Source: Candidatus Komeilibacteria bacterium CG11_big_fil_rev_8_21_14_0_20_36_20 (GTDB taxonomy: Bacteria; Patescibacteriota; Patescibacteriia; UBA1558; GWA2-36-10). From it: a DNA stretch of 64,000 nt. Positions 11,794 through 22,733 of the stretch are shown piece after piece; within the stretch, counting starts at the first letter, position 1, and the number at the start of each line of letters is the position of its first letter. Location of the stretch: contig PCWQ01000007.1 of assembly GCA_002787405.1 (NCBI GenBank), forward strand, positions 166,250 to 230,249, written 5' to 3'. Position numbers and translations under genes: made by a program. Below the pieces are notes generated by a model. That model was not told where the DNA came from. It saw only the letters and a program-made list of their open reading frames with translations, and searched no databases.

Positions 11794-12660
11794 TTATTTC
11801 AAATTAAATAACTTAATGGCATTTTGTCCAGTAATTTCAATAATTTCTTGAACTGACTTATTTTTAATTTCAGCTATTTTTTCCGCTACATATTTAACAT
11901 TAACTGGTTCATTGCGTTTACCACGGAAAGGCACCGGAGTCAGATAAGGAGCATCAGTTTCTATTAGTATTTTATCTAATGGCATCCACTTTACAATTTC
12001 CCTTAAATCCTCTGTTTTGTCAACCACCTTTTTCTTTTTAATAAGTTGATCCTCCGAAGCTTTACGCGAAGGAGGGCCAAATGTAATCACTCCAGTAAAA
12101 CCAAGATAAAATCCAGCTTGTACGAACTGCTTAGCTTCAGCCAGACTGCCACCATAACAATGAATCACACCTTTAAAATATTTATTATTCTCTAAAATAT
12201 TAAAAATATCCTGATAGACATTCTGATCATCGCCATTTCGTCCATGGACAATTAAAGCCAAATTATTATCTTTGGCCAATTGAATGTGTTCTTGAAAAAT
12301 TTGTTTTTGTTTAATTTTTATTTCTTTAATAGAAGCGGCTCCTTTTTTTAAAATTTCATTAAGATGAAAATAATCCAATCCGGTTTCGCCAATAGCGACT
12401 ACTTGCTTGGGATGCTGATCAATTAATTTTTGATAATTAATTATTTCAAACTCCTCATCATAAACATGGATAGGATGCAAGGCAATGGCCGCATAAAAAT
12501 TATTTTCCTGCTTGGCTAGTTCTATTGCTTTTTGACTAGTATCTAAAGCCGCGCCTACATTAATTATTTTCATTTCAGCTTGATGGCAGCGCTGAATAAC
12601 TTCAGCTAAATCCTGATCATAGGCCTGAAAATTCAAATGAGCATGCGTGTCAATCAACAT
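11794..12660 (-). CDS. tatD: TatD family DNase with in-frame palindromic insertion
   Basis: DTHAH, IGETGLDY, HCY, ETDAPY motifs. Confidence 0.95.
   Translation of the reverse strand: MLIDTHAHLNFQAYDQDLAEVIQRCHQAEMKIINVGAALDTSQKAIELAKQENNFYAAIALHPIHVYDEEFEIINYQKLIDQHPKQVVAIGETGLDYFHLNEILKKGAASIKEIKIKQKQIFQEHIQLAKDNNLALIVHGRNGDDQNVYQDIFNILENNKYFKGVIHCYGGSLAEAKQFVQAGFYLGFTGVITFGPPSRKASEDQLIKKKKVVDKTEDLREIVKWMPLDKILIETDAPYLTPVPFRGKRNEPVNVKYVAEKIAEIKNKSVQEIIEITGQNAIKLFNLK
12049..12077. repeat. REP-like palindrome inside tatD
   Basis: TCCTCC-GAAGCTTTACGCGAA-GGAGGG, encoding GPPSRKASED. Confidence 0.7.
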
Positions 12661-12661
12661 A

Positions 12662-13168
12662 CTAGAGAATTGATTTTAATTCATTAATAGCGGCGGGAAT
12701 AAATGGCTTAACAATAACGGCTAAATCAGCTGCCCATTGAACTATAAATGACGAAATTAACCGATCATTAATGGCGTCACTAATTGGAAAAATAGATAAT
12801 AAATAAACTATAGCCACAACAGCTAAAATACCACCCAGTAGGCCAACAATCGCTCCCAATAATTTATTGACTAGATCAATAAAAGGAATAATGTGAAAAA
12901 TTCTGTTAATAACAGCAACGATGATATGAACTATAATATTTATAGCAATGAAAATACAAATAAACGCCAAAATATTAGCTAACGACTGATTATCAAAATT
13001 CAAGATATTCATAATCCACTGAGCAGCCATCCCCATATAATGCGAGCCGGCCCAAATGCCAACCACAATCCCCAAAAATTCGCCAATCGCTCCAACTAAT
13101 CCCGCTCGAAACCCCTTCCAAACAAAAAGAAGTAAGATAATTAAAAGAATGATGTCAAATAAACCCAT
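12662..13168 (-). CDS. CvpA (colicin V production) family membrane protein
   Basis: DIILL...GFRAGL, NKLLGAIVG pattern; 4 TMs. Confidence 0.88.
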   Translation of the reverse strand: MGLFDIILLIILLLFVWKGFRAGLVGAIGEFLGIVVGIWAGSHYMGMAAQWIMNILNFDNQSLANILAFICIFIAINIIVHIIVAVINRIFHIIPFIDLVNKLLGAIVGLLGGILAVVAIVYLLSIFPISDAINDRLISSFIVQWAADLAVIVKPFIPAAINELKSIL

Positions 13169-13186
13169 AGTATTTTTTTAAAATTA

Positions 13187-13409
13187 TTATTCTATTTCGC
13201 TTAATTTAAAATCGTTAATATACAACAAAAATAATCCAATCAACCCTGAGACTATATAACTTAATAGTTCATGATTAGGTAATAAGATATAAATCTATAA
13301 TACCCCACAACCCACGCCAAAACATAATAACTGAGAAAGCAATAAAAATTGAATACCAATTAGGATGACTTTTTTTAATTTTTTGAAAAAATGTGCTTTT
13401 AGAAAACAT
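13187..13409 (-). pseudogene. Frameshifted small membrane protein
   Basis: MFSKST...VIMFWRGLWGIIDLYL then stop; skipping one base continues LPNHELLSYIVSGLIGLFLLYINDFKLSEIE*. Confidence 0.65.
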
Positions 13410-13417
13410 ATATTATT

Positions 13418-14902
13418 TTAATTAATTCTGGGGAATAATGGTTTAACTGGCTTTTTAATCTGCTTGGCAGTCAAAATTTTTAAAATATGCTCCGCGGTCT
13501 GCGGCATAAACGGTTGTAGACTGACAGCAATATTATATAAGTATTTAGTCCAATCCTGCAAAAGCTTTTTTAATTTCTGCTGATCATTATTCTTGGCTAA
13601 TTCCCATGGCTTGTTTTTATCTATCTCTTCATTAACAGTAGAAATAATATTCCAAATTTTTAATAAAGCCAATTTAAAATTTAATTCTTCTATTTCTTGA
13701 TTTATATTAGATAAAAATTTACTTATATTTAAAGATTTTTCTAAATCTTTTTTTGTTAACCCAATATCTCCATCTAGATACTGCTCAATCATATTAGTTA
13801 ATCGATTAATCAAATTGCCCAAGCCATTCACCAAATCGGCATTGTATTTGGCAGGAAAGTCGTTGATTTTAATATCGCTTTCTGAACCAAAAGAAAATTG
13901 GGATAGAATTAAATATTTAGTCACTTCCGAGCCATACTGTTTTACTAAATCATTGGGACTAACGACATTACCCAAGCTCTTGCTCATTTTTTGTCCATTG
14001 ATTTTGAAAAAGCCGTGAATATATAATCCTTTAGGCAAAGGAATATCTAAGACCATTAAAATAGCTGGCCAATATAAAGCATGAAATTTTAAAATATCTA
14101 GAGCTAATAATTGAATATCAGCTGGCCAAAATTTTTGATATAATTCTTTATCAGGATATCCCAGAGCGGTAATATAATTAGACAAAGCGTCAACCCAAAC
14201 ATAAACTTTTTGTTCTTTATCCCAAGGTAAATCAATGCCCCAAGCCACAGATTTAACCGGACGGGAAATAGAAAAGTCGGGCATATTTTGCTTGTTAATT
14301 AAACCGAGCACTTCTTTTTTTCGACCTGGAGGATAAATAATCAGTTGATCTGCTTCAATGGCTTTTTTAATGGCTGGTAAAAAATCACCTAATCTAAAAA
14401 ACCAATTTTTTTCAACTAATTTTTCTGGTTTGCGCTTATGATCAGGACATTGACCGTCGACTAATTCCGCTTCGGTAATAAATTTTTCACAACCAACACA
14501 ATATAATCCCTGATAATCAGCTTCGTAGAGAACATCATTGCCCTGCGGAGTCTTGGTTTGCTTTAACTGATTTAAAATATTAACTACAATTTTCTGATGT
14601 CTATCTTCAGTTGTTCTTATAAAATCATTATATTTAATATCTAATTTTTGCCAAGCATCTTTAAATTGCTGACTAATATTGTCGGTAAATTTCTGCGGCG
14701 TAATTTTTTGTTTGGCTGCAGATTCAGCAACTTTTACTCCATGCTCATCAGTGCCGGTTAAAAAATAAACATTATCATCGCCTAGTTTCTGACGATAATA
14801 GCGAGCTAAAACATCAGCGATAACCGTAGTATAAGCATGACCAATATGCGGCTGATCATTGACGTAATATATTGGTGTGGTAATGTAGAATTTATTTTTC
14901 AT
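13418..14902 (-). CDS. metG: Methionine--tRNA ligase
   Basis: ITTPIYY, HIGH, TGTDEHG, KMSKS. Confidence 0.98.
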   Translation of the reverse strand: MKNKFYITTPIYYVNDQPHIGHAYTTVIADVLARYYRQKLGDDNVYFLTGTDEHGVKVAESAAKQKITPQKFTDNISQQFKDAWQKLDIKYNDFIRTTEDRHQKIVVNILNQLKQTKTPQGNDVLYEADYQGLYCVGCEKFITEAELVDGQCPDHKRKPEKLVEKNWFFRLGDFLPAIKKAIEADQLIIYPPGRKKEVLGLINKQNMPDFSISRPVKSVAWGIDLPWDKEQKVYVWVDALSNYITALGYPDKELYQKFWPADIQLLALDILKFHALYWPAILMVLDIPLPKGLYIHGFFKINGQKMSKSLGNVVSPNDLVKQYGSEVTKYLILSQFSFGSESDIKINDFPAKYNADLVNGLGNLINRLTNMIEQYLDGDIGLTKKDLEKSLNISKFLSNINQEIEELNFKLALLKIWNIISTVNEEIDKNKPWELAKNNDQQKLKKLLQDWTKYLYNIAVSLQPFMPQTAEHILKILTAKQIKKPVKPLFPRIN

Positions 14903-15358
14903 TTATTTCTTAAAATTTAATCTCATACAAATACTGTACTCTTTAAAACCTATTTTTTCATAAAATGTAGTTAATTCTTTACTACAATCTAAAATTATCT
15001 TATAACAATTATTTTTCTCTGCGGTTTTAATAGCTTCTTTAAGCAAAGCTTTAGCTAAACCATTTCCTTCAAAGCCCTTACGAGTAACTACATCTTCTAT
15101 ATGTCCAGCTGCCTTGCCGCCATAAAAATATTTTGGCTCAATTAATAATTTTACAGTAGCTATAATTTGATTTTTAGAATCTTCTTCTTGCGATGCTGCT
15201 ACAAAAAAATAGGCCTCTTGCTGCTTAGCTTTCTGCCAAATTGTTTTAAGCTGATTAAAATCTAAATCGCCAACATCACTCATATTAGCCATAGTTTCTA
15301 CAAAACCGCTATTATCAGAAAAATCAGCTTCTTCTAATTGTCTAATTATAAAATTCAT
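14903..15358 (-). CDS. GNAT acetyltransferase, glucosamine-6-phosphate N-acetyltransferase (GNA1)-like
   Basis: IEPK...GHIEDVV, CYKIILDC, FYEKIGF. Confidence 0.85.
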   Translation of the reverse strand: MNFIIRQLEEADFSDNSGFVETMANMSDVGDLDFNQLKTIWQKAKQQEAYFFVAASQEEDSKNQIIATVKLLIEPKYFYGGKAAGHIEDVVTRKGFEGNGLAKALLKEAIKTAEKNNCYKIILDCSKELTTFYEKIGFKEYSICMRLNFKK

Positions 15359-15367
15359 TAATTAATT

Positions 15368-16036
15368 TTATTTATCAACAACAACAACAAATTCCCCTTT
15401 CACTTGCTGTTTATCTTTTTGTAAAATCTCTAAAATCTCTTGGGCCGTACCGCGATAGACTGTTTCAAATTGTTTGGTCAATTCACGGCCAATGATTAAT
15501 TTTTTGGGACAATTTTTTAATTGCTCTAATGTTTTAATAATTCGGTGAACTGATTCAAAAAATATTACTGGCAAATCTGCTTCTGCTATTTTTTTAATCA
15601 AAGTTTGCCGACCTTTTTTATGCGGTAAAAAACCAAGAAATAAAAATTTATCCAGAGAAATTCCGGCAATACTGATCATGGCTGTTAAAGCTGAAGAGCC
15701 GGGCACGGAAATAATTTCCGTGTCCGGAAATTCTGCCAGAACCAACTCAATTAATTTTCCACCAGGATCGGAAACACCAGGAGATCCAGCATCAGTCACT
15801 AAGGCAATATCTTTATCTTCAAAAATAAAATTTTTAATTTTTCCCCAATCTTTGTCTTTACTATGCTGATGCCAGCTTGATAAAACATTTTTAATCTTAT
15901 ATCTTTCAAAAATCTTTTTAGTTACGCGGGTATCTTCAGCTAAAACAACATCTGCTTCTTTTAAAATCCGCAGAGCCCGAAAAGTCAGGTCTTCCAAATT
16001 ACCGATAGGTGTGGCGACAATATATAATTTAGACAT
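15368..16036 (-). CDS. rsmI: 16S rRNA C1402 2'-O-methyltransferase
   Basis: LYIVATPIGNLED, EDTR, DAGSPGVSDPG, RELTKQFE. Confidence 0.97.
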   Translation of the reverse strand: MSKLYIVATPIGNLEDLTFRALRILKEADVVLAEDTRVTKKIFERYKIKNVLSSWHQHSKDKDWGKIKNFIFEDKDIALVTDAGSPGVSDPGGKLIELVLAEFPDTEIISVPGSSALTAMISIAGISLDKFLFLGFLPHKKGRQTLIKKIAEADLPVIFFESVHRIIKTLEQLKNCPKKLIIGRELTKQFETVYRGTAQEILEILQKDKQQVKGEFVVVVDK

Positions 16037-17062
16037 TTATTTTGTTGCTTTTGATTTATTGTGTAAAGTCTCAACATAAACTGCTGCCGCCGCCGCAATC
16101 GGTACAGCAACCAAAGCGCCGACCACACCGGCAATGCGCATGCCTATCAAAATACTTAAAATAACCACTAAGGGATTAAGGCCGGTGCTTTTGCCCATTA
16201 CTTTAGGCACAATAATATTGTTTTCTATTTGTTGAACAACGATATATAGAACAATAACGGCGATGGCTTTAGCCGGGCTTTGAGCAAAAGCAAAAAATAT
16301 ACCAGGAATAGCGGCAATCAATGGACCAAGAAAAGGCACTATTTCAAAAATACCAGCTAACAAAGCTAAGATCAAAGCATATTTTATGCCTAGTAAGCTC
16401 AAACCCAAATAAATCAGCAAAAAGATAATAAACGATAAAATCAGCTGCCCCCTTAGCCAAAAACCCATCCGATGCTGTATTTTAGTAATTAAATCAGCCG
16501 CATACTTTTGGTGATGAAAAGGCACAATGCTCTGAACAAAGTTCTTTAAACTATTCTTCTCCACGGTTAAATAAAAAGTGATGACCAACAGCACAAAAAA
16601 ACTAACCACCCCGCCGAAAATTGAGGTGACTAAATTATAAATACTAGAAGAGGCCTGAGATAAACTTTTGGTCAAGTCGGACAAACTGGTGCTCAACGTT
16701 TTGGCAGCTTCTTGACTATCTACTTTTTGCAAATATTGTAACCCACTACTGATCTTGTCATAAAAGTCTGGGAAAGCGCGCGCTAAATCCTTAATTTGGA
16801 GAGTAATTGGATCAATTAAAAGATAGATCGCCCCGCCGACCACAAAGAAAAAAATTAGATAAACCCCAATAATTCCCACCCCCCGAGGAATTTTTTTCTC
16901 TTGTAACCAATCGATGAAAGGGCCAAAAGCCGAAGATAAGATAACAGCTATAAACAACAGAGCTAAAACATCCTTTATTAAATAAAGAAATCCAATCAAC
17001 AGTAAAATAACAATAATACGAACGATAGCATCGGTGGAAATGGAAATTGATTTGTGTGGCAT
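16037..17062 (-). CDS. AI-2E family transporter
   Basis: WLRGQL, IVPFLGP, QQIENNIIVPKVMG, LNPL motifs. Confidence 0.93.
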   Translation of the reverse strand: MPHKSISISTDAIVRIIVILLLIGFLYLIKDVLALLFIAVILSSAFGPFIDWLQEKKIPRGVGIIGVYLIFFFVVGGAIYLLIDPITLQIKDLARAFPDFYDKISSGLQYLQKVDSQEAAKTLSTSLSDLTKSLSQASSSIYNLVTSIFGGVVSFFVLLVITFYLTVEKNSLKNFVQSIVPFHHQKYAADLITKIQHRMGFWLRGQLILSFIIFLLIYLGLSLLGIKYALILALLAGIFEIVPFLGPLIAAIPGIFFAFAQSPAKAIAVIVLYIVVQQIENNIIVPKVMGKSTGLNPLVVILSILIGMRIAGVVGALVAVPIAAAAAVYVETLHNKSKATK

Positions 17063-17110
17063 AATATTATTTCCTCCTTAGAAAATTCTTAATAAATTTT
17101 CCATTAAAAA

Positions 17111-18379
17111 TTATGAATTTAATATTTTTAAAAATTTAGTTTGGTTATCAAAAGGCCCGATGATGGCTAAATTAGCCCGACGCCAATCAATAATATCTTG
17201 AGCCGAGTTGTTAACTTGCGTTAAAGTAACTTTATCCACTTCCCGCAACTTATCCTCTAGATCTTTTATTTTTTGATCAACCAACTCTTGGGAAGCTAAA
17301 AAATTTAAATAATTACTAGGATCTTCCAATTTTAAAATTAATCGTCCCCGAATATTATCTTTAGCTTTGTGCAACTCTTCTTGAGTGATGCCCTTGTCCT
17401 TTATTTTATTTAACTCTGCTTTAATGGCCTCTAGAGATTCGTAAATCTTTTCTTTATTCAACCCTGCTTGGACAGTAAAGGATCCAATGTCTTCATAACC
17501 CTGAGCAGCTGTTTTGATAAAATAACATAAACTCAATTTTTCCCTAATTTCCAAAAACAGACGCGAGCTCATTGTGCCGCCAAGAATATTTGACAATATC
17601 TTACTGATTAAAAATTTCGGATCAGGACCGGCCACATTTTTAAAGCCCAACATTAGCTGAACCTGCTCTAAAGAACGATTCATAATATAAACTCGAGGAG
17701 TCTGTTGATTTGAAAACTCCGTCTTTTGAATTTTAATCCGGGCGCGTTTTTTATCTAAAGGAAAAAGTTTGTTGACTAAATCTAAAACTTTCTTTTCCTG
17801 AAATTTACCGGCCACACCAATAACTGCATTGCCATTATAATAAAATTTGCGATAATAATTATATAAAGCCTGGCGGGAAATTGTCTGCACATTGACTCTT
17901 GGTCCGGAAATTAATTGACTCAGCGGCGCTTTATTAAACAAAAGTCTTTCAAAAACATCTTCAATGTACATCAAAGGATTGTCCTCGTACATATTAATCT
18001 CCTCCACAATCACTCCCCGCTCTCGATCAATATCAGCCGAATCAAATTTAGCGTGATACATCATGTCAGAAATAATATCAACCGCTAAAGGAAAATGGCT
18101 ATTATCAACTGTAATGTAATAACCAGTATGATCTTTACCGGTGAAAGCATTAAACTCAGCACCGACGCTATCTAATTCTCTGGAAATATGAGCCGTGCTT
18201 GGCCTCTTTTCAGTACCCTTAAACATCAGGTGTTCCACAAAGTGAGAAGCGCAATTATTAGCTTTAGTTTCCCAGCGGCTGCCGACTTTATAAAGCACTT
18301 CAAAAGTAACCGCTCTTGTATCTTTTTTGGGAACTAAAATTATAATACTGCCGTCTTTTCTGACAATTCGTTTATACAT
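17111..18379 (-). CDS. M16 family zinc peptidase
   Basis: HxxEH (HFVEHLMFKGT), NAFT, SSRLFLEIREK. Confidence 0.95.
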   Translation of the reverse strand: MYKRIVRKDGSIIILVPKKDTRAVTFEVLYKVGSRWETKANNCASHFVEHLMFKGTEKRPSTAHISRELDSVGAEFNAFTGKDHTGYYITVDNSHFPLAVDIISDMMYHAKFDSADIDRERGVIVEEINMYEDNPLMYIEDVFERLLFNKAPLSQLISGPRVNVQTISRQALYNYYRKFYYNGNAVIGVAGKFQEKKVLDLVNKLFPLDKKRARIKIQKTEFSNQQTPRVYIMNRSLEQVQLMLGFKNVAGPDPKFLISKILSNILGGTMSSRLFLEIREKLSLCYFIKTAAQGYEDIGSFTVQAGLNKEKIYESLEAIKAELNKIKDKGITQEELHKAKDNIRGRLILKLEDPSNYLNFLASQELVDQKIKDLEDKLREVDKVTLTQVNNSAQDIIDWRRANLAIIGPFDNQTKFLKILNS

Positions 18380-18396
18380 ATGTAATTAACTTTTAA

Positions 18397-19782
18397 TTAA
18401 TCAAATTTTTCCTGAAAATAAGCTGACAATTCAGCTATGGCAATTCGCTCCTGTTTCATGCTGTCCCGATCGCGCACGGTCACTTTTTTATCTTCTAAAC
18501 TGTCAAAATCGATAGTAACACAATAGGGTGTGCCAATTTCATCTTGCCGACGATACCTTCTGCCGATGGCACTAGTCTCATCATACTGAAGACGATATTT
18601 ATTAGCTAAAGAATTATAAATTTCTTTTGCTAATTTAGCTAACTGCTCTTTTTTAGACAAAGGCAAAATAGCAATTTTAATTGGCACTAATTTAGGATGA
18701 AGTTTTAATACTGTTTCTACTTCTTTAGTGCTCTTAGTAGTAGTTGTCCGACCGCCTTCAATCTCTTGATAGGCATCCATCAAAAATGCCAACAGAGAAC
18801 GATCAGCGCCGCCGGATGTCTCTACTACAGTGGGTAGATATTCTTCACCGCTCTCATCACGCACGGTAAATTTTTCTCCGGAAAATTCCTGATGGCGGCA
18901 TAGGTCCCAAGTACCGCGATGATGAATACCTTCTAGCTCTTTGAAGGTTTCATTTTTGGAAAAATCAAACCTATATTCTATATCCACTGCTTTCTTGGCA
19001 TAGTGAGCTAGCTCGTCCTGATCATGCTCTCGAAAACGTAAATTTTCTTTTTTAACACCCAAAGATAAATACCAGTCATAGCGCCATTTTTTCCACTGAT
19101 TAAAAATCTTATCAGCTTCACTGGCCCGCACAAAATATTGCATCTCCATTTGTTCAAACTCTCTCATTCTGAAAATAAAATTACCAGGCGTAATTTCATT
19201 GCGAAAGGCCTTACCAATCTGAGCCACGCCAAACGGCATTTTGAGCCGCATGCTTTCTTTGATATTTAAAAAATTGAGATAAATTCCCTGAGCTGTTTCC
19301 GGCCGAAGATAAATTTGATTGGCCTGATCTTCCACCGGACCGAGAAAAGTCTTAAACATCAAATTAAATTGGCGGACACCGGTTAATTCACCACCGCAAT
19401 CCGGACATCTCACTTTATTATTTTTAGGCGGCTTATCTTTTAAATAATTAGGTTTTAATCCTTTTTTCTCCAAAAGATGATCGGACCGAAAACGGGCTTT
19501 GCATTTTTTGCAATCCACTAAAGGATCCGTAAAACTTTCCAGATGACCGGAGGCCTCCCATATTTTGGGATGGCTCAAAATAGCCGAATCCAAACCAACC
19601 ACATCTGGCTGAGCCAGCATAAAATCCCACCAAGCTTTTTTAATATTATTTTTCAACTCAACACCCAGCGGACCATAGTCATAAGTAGAATTAAGACCGC
19701 CATAAATTTCGGCGGACGGAAAAACAAAACCCCTGTTTTTGGCCAGATTGACTACTTTATCAAATTTACGTGTATTATCCAT
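18397..19782 (-). CDS. glyS: Glycine--tRNA ligase (homodimeric type)
   Basis: YDYGPLG, LRPETAQG, FRNEITP, REFEQME, IGRRYRRQDEIGTP. Confidence 0.98.
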   Translation of the reverse strand: MDNTRKFDKVVNLAKNRGFVFPSAEIYGGLNSTYDYGPLGVELKNNIKKAWWDFMLAQPDVVGLDSAILSHPKIWEASGHLESFTDPLVDCKKCKARFRSDHLLEKKGLKPNYLKDKPPKNNKVRCPDCGGELTGVRQFNLMFKTFLGPVEDQANQIYLRPETAQGIYLNFLNIKESMRLKMPFGVAQIGKAFRNEITPGNFIFRMREFEQMEMQYFVRASEADKIFNQWKKWRYDWYLSLGVKKENLRFREHDQDELAHYAKKAVDIEYRFDFSKNETFKELEGIHHRGTWDLCRHQEFSGEKFTVRDESGEEYLPTVVETSGGADRSLLAFLMDAYQEIEGGRTTTTKSTKEVETVLKLHPKLVPIKIAILPLSKKEQLAKLAKEIYNSLANKYRLQYDETSAIGRRYRRQDEIGTPYCVTIDFDSLEDKKVTVRDRDSMKQERIAIAELSAYFQEKFD

Positions 19783-20045
19783 AAAATAAAGTTTAAGTAA
19801 TCAAATTATAGCGAAAAAATGGGCTTTTAGCAAGTTAAACATCAACTGGTTGTGGAATAAAAAAATCAAAGACAAACAAAAAAGCTTGACAAAATCATTG
19901 CTGAAATTTTCAAGCTTTTATGATAGGTATAGAATATCCAATTCTAAAATTATTAGGATCACCGACATCAAGTCATATATGTAAAGAACTTTATTGATTC
20001 TATATAACACCTAATGATAAACAATAAATTATCTTATGTCAAATA

Positions 20046-22733
20046 TTAATACCCTCTGGCTTTCTTGACGCTAATCTGTCCACCAACATCATAAACAATG
20101 ACATCTCGACGACCAATTTTGCCGGTGAGTAAAAAATTAGCTAAAGCATTGTCTACTCTTTCCTGAATCACTCGACGTAAAGGCCGAGCACCAAAGACCG
20201 GATCAAAACCAGCCACGGCCAATTCTTTTTGAGCTTCTGGAGTAATTTCAAAAAATATTCCTTTTTGCTCTAAGCGCTTTCTGACTTTATTTAACATTAA
20301 ACCGGCAATTTTAAATATCTCCTCCGGCGTTAAAGGACGAAAAACTACCGTGCCGTCAAAACGGTTGATAAACTCTGGCCGAAAAATATCCCGAATCTGA
20401 TTTTTAATTAAATCATCCTGAAACTCTTCAATTTGACGACCAGCATTAATTTGATCCTGAATATAGGCCGTGCCGGCGTTGGAAGTGGCAATAATAATTA
20501 AATTAGTAAAATCAACTGTTCGCCCTAAAGCATCGGTTAAACGACCATCTTCCATCACTTGTAAAAATACATTTAAAATATCAGGATGGGATTTTTCTAT
20601 CTCATCTAACAACAATAGAGCAAAGGGCTTGTGGCGAACCGCCTCAGTCAACAAACCCGGCGTTCCAGCTTGAGACGAACCAATTAAACGCGGCAGACTG
20701 GATTGGCTTTGATATTCACTCATATCCAACCGAATCATATTTTGCTCATCGCCAAAATATTTTTCCGCGACGGTCTTGGCTAGCTCGGTTTTACCAACAC
20801 CAGTTGGCCCCAGAAACAATAGATTGACAATTGGTCGATTACTATCACGTAACTCTGCCCGAGCCCGACGCAAAGCTGAAGCCACGTGTTTAACCGCTTC
20901 GTCCTGACCAACAATACGTTGATGAATTTCTTCCTCTAAATTCATCAACTTACTTGATTCTTGACTAGTAACTTCAGTTAAAGGAATACTAGTTTTGCGA
21001 CTAACTAGAGAAGCAATGTCTTCGGCTCGCACTAGTTTATCTTGCCGTCCAATTTTAGCAACCATAATGCCGGCTTCATCCATTAAATCAATCGCTTTCT
21101 TTGGTAGAGAAACGTCAGTAATATAGCGATCAGCCAAGTCATGAATTTTCTCTAAAGCATTATAAGTAAAATAAACACCGTGCTTGGCTTCCACTGCCCC
21201 CACATGAGCTTCCATAATTTTAATCGTTTGATTTTTATCCGGCTCATTAATATTGATTTTTTTCAGAGCATACCCTAAGGCCGCTCCCTCTATATATTGA
21301 ACATAATTTTGATTATCAGTAGCGGCAATAACAATAATATTGTGTTTGCGAATTTCCGAAGATAAAATTTCCGCCAAATCAACCCCTTCTGTTCCTTCAG
21401 AGGAAATACCGGCCAATTGATGAATATCATCAATAAATAAGATAATATTACTGGAAATTTCTATTTCATTTAAAAGAGTTAAAAGTCTTTCCTCCAGCTT
21501 ACCAGTGCCTGAAGCGCCAGAAACCAGTAAAGGCACGGAAATACTAACTAGTCGCTTGTCTTGAAATAAATCAGGCAATTCTTCCGCCATCATCCGATTA
21601 GCCAAGCCATCAATAATGGTATTTTTGCCAACGCCTGGAGGACCAACTAAAACTACGCTGGAAAAATCGCTTTCCATAGTAGTAATAACATCCTGAATCT
21701 CGTCTTCTCTAGCTATTGATAGTGGCAAAGCACCTTGCTTAGCCATCTTAGTCAAATCTTGAGAAAAACTATCTAAAATCGGCGTAGCAATAGCGGTATA
21801 GGAACGATTAATACCCGACTTCGGTCGAAAGACAGCTCGCGAACGAAATCTCTGATATCTCTCTACTAATTGTTTATTAATATTGATCCAAGAAATGACA
21901 TTGTCAATTTTATACTCGTCAATATCAAAATTATAGAAAAAATCTCTTACTTCTTTGCTAGCCATAACAACACCGGCTAATAAATCAACTTCCGCAATAT
22001 GATCGGTCTGACGGCTAGTCATATGAAAATAGGCATTCAAAATTAAGTCTTTGGTCTCATCAGTTAAACCGTCGCTAGACTGAGCTAGACCGACTAATTC
22101 CTCTAAATTTTTATCAATGGTTTGTTTTAAAGTCTCTGCCCCCACTCCTAAACGAGCTAGAACCAAACGAATATCTTTATCGTCTAATAAAATAAACAAG
22201 ACATGCCAGACCGACAAAGGAAAAATTTTTTTATGCCGAGCGTAAAGCCAAGCTTTGTCAATAATGCGACTAGCCTCCTGATTTAAACTGTCAGCTAGAT
22301 TATATTTGGTAAAAATTTTCTTGTTCTTTAAAAGACTAAACTTTCGTCTTTCCTGCATCCCTGGGCGAGCCAGACGATAATACAAATACATATCCAGAGC
22401 AATTAGAATAAATAAGAAAAAATTGCGGGGATCCGGCGCGGTTAAAAAAGCCCAAAGCAGTCTTGGTTCAAATTCAACCAAATCCAAAATGTTGTAAATT
22501 AAAACTAAAGTTAAAATAATACCGATTATTAACAAACCATTAATGATAATATTAATAACTTCTTGGAACTCACTAATAAAAATTCGCACGTAATCAATTT
22601 CTTTCTGCCAATAGAAAAAATTATTATTAAAAAAATAAAAACGGCGATAGCCAAAACAAGCTGAACATTTTTTACCGTTGCTCTCGCCCTGCCCCTGGCA
22701 TTCCTCACAAATTTTAAACTTTACTGCTTCCAT
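20046..22733 (-). CDS. Clp/Hsp100-family AAA+ ATPase with N-terminal Zn finger and TM helices
   Basis: Two AAA modules (GPPGVGKN; GPTGVGKTE, DMSEY, DEIEK, GARPLRR); CEEC...CSAC and two hydrophobic helices at the N-terminus. Confidence 0.92.
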   Translation of the reverse strand: MEAVKFKICEECQGQGESNGKKCSACFGYRRFYFFNNNFFYWQKEIDYVRIFISEFQEVINIIINGLLIIGIILTLVLIYNILDLVEFEPRLLWAFLTAPDPRNFFLFILIALDMYLYYRLARPGMQERRKFSLLKNKKIFTKYNLADSLNQEASRIIDKAWLYARHKKIFPLSVWHVLFILLDDKDIRLVLARLGVGAETLKQTIDKNLEELVGLAQSSDGLTDETKDLILNAYFHMTSRQTDHIAEVDLLAGVVMASKEVRDFFYNFDIDEYKIDNVISWININKQLVERYQRFRSRAVFRPKSGINRSYTAIATPILDSFSQDLTKMAKQGALPLSIAREDEIQDVITTMESDFSSVVLVGPPGVGKNTIIDGLANRMMAEELPDLFQDKRLVSISVPLLVSGASGTGKLEERLLTLLNEIEISSNIILFIDDIHQLAGISSEGTEGVDLAEILSSEIRKHNIIVIAATDNQNYVQYIEGAALGYALKKININEPDKNQTIKIMEAHVGAVEAKHGVYFTYNALEKIHDLADRYITDVSLPKKAIDLMDEAGIMVAKIGRQDKLVRAEDIASLVSRKTSIPLTEVTSQESSKLMNLEEEIHQRIVGQDEAVKHVASALRRARAELRDSNRPIVNLLFLGPTGVGKTELAKTVAEKYFGDEQNMIRLDMSEYQSQSSLPRLIGSSQAGTPGLLTEAVRHKPFALLLLDEIEKSHPDILNVFLQVMEDGRLTDALGRTVDFTNLIIIATSNAGTAYIQDQINAGRQIEEFQDDLIKNQIRDIFRPEFINRFDGTVVFRPLTPEEIFKIAGLMLNKVRKRLEQKGIFFEITPEAQKELAVAGFDPVFGARPLRRVIQERVDNALANFLLTGKIGRRDVIVYDVGGQISVKKARGY

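Noticed and set aside
19830-20030. Possible gene remnant between glyS and the Clp ATPase
   Set aside because: Only short open stretches without a start or recognisable motif
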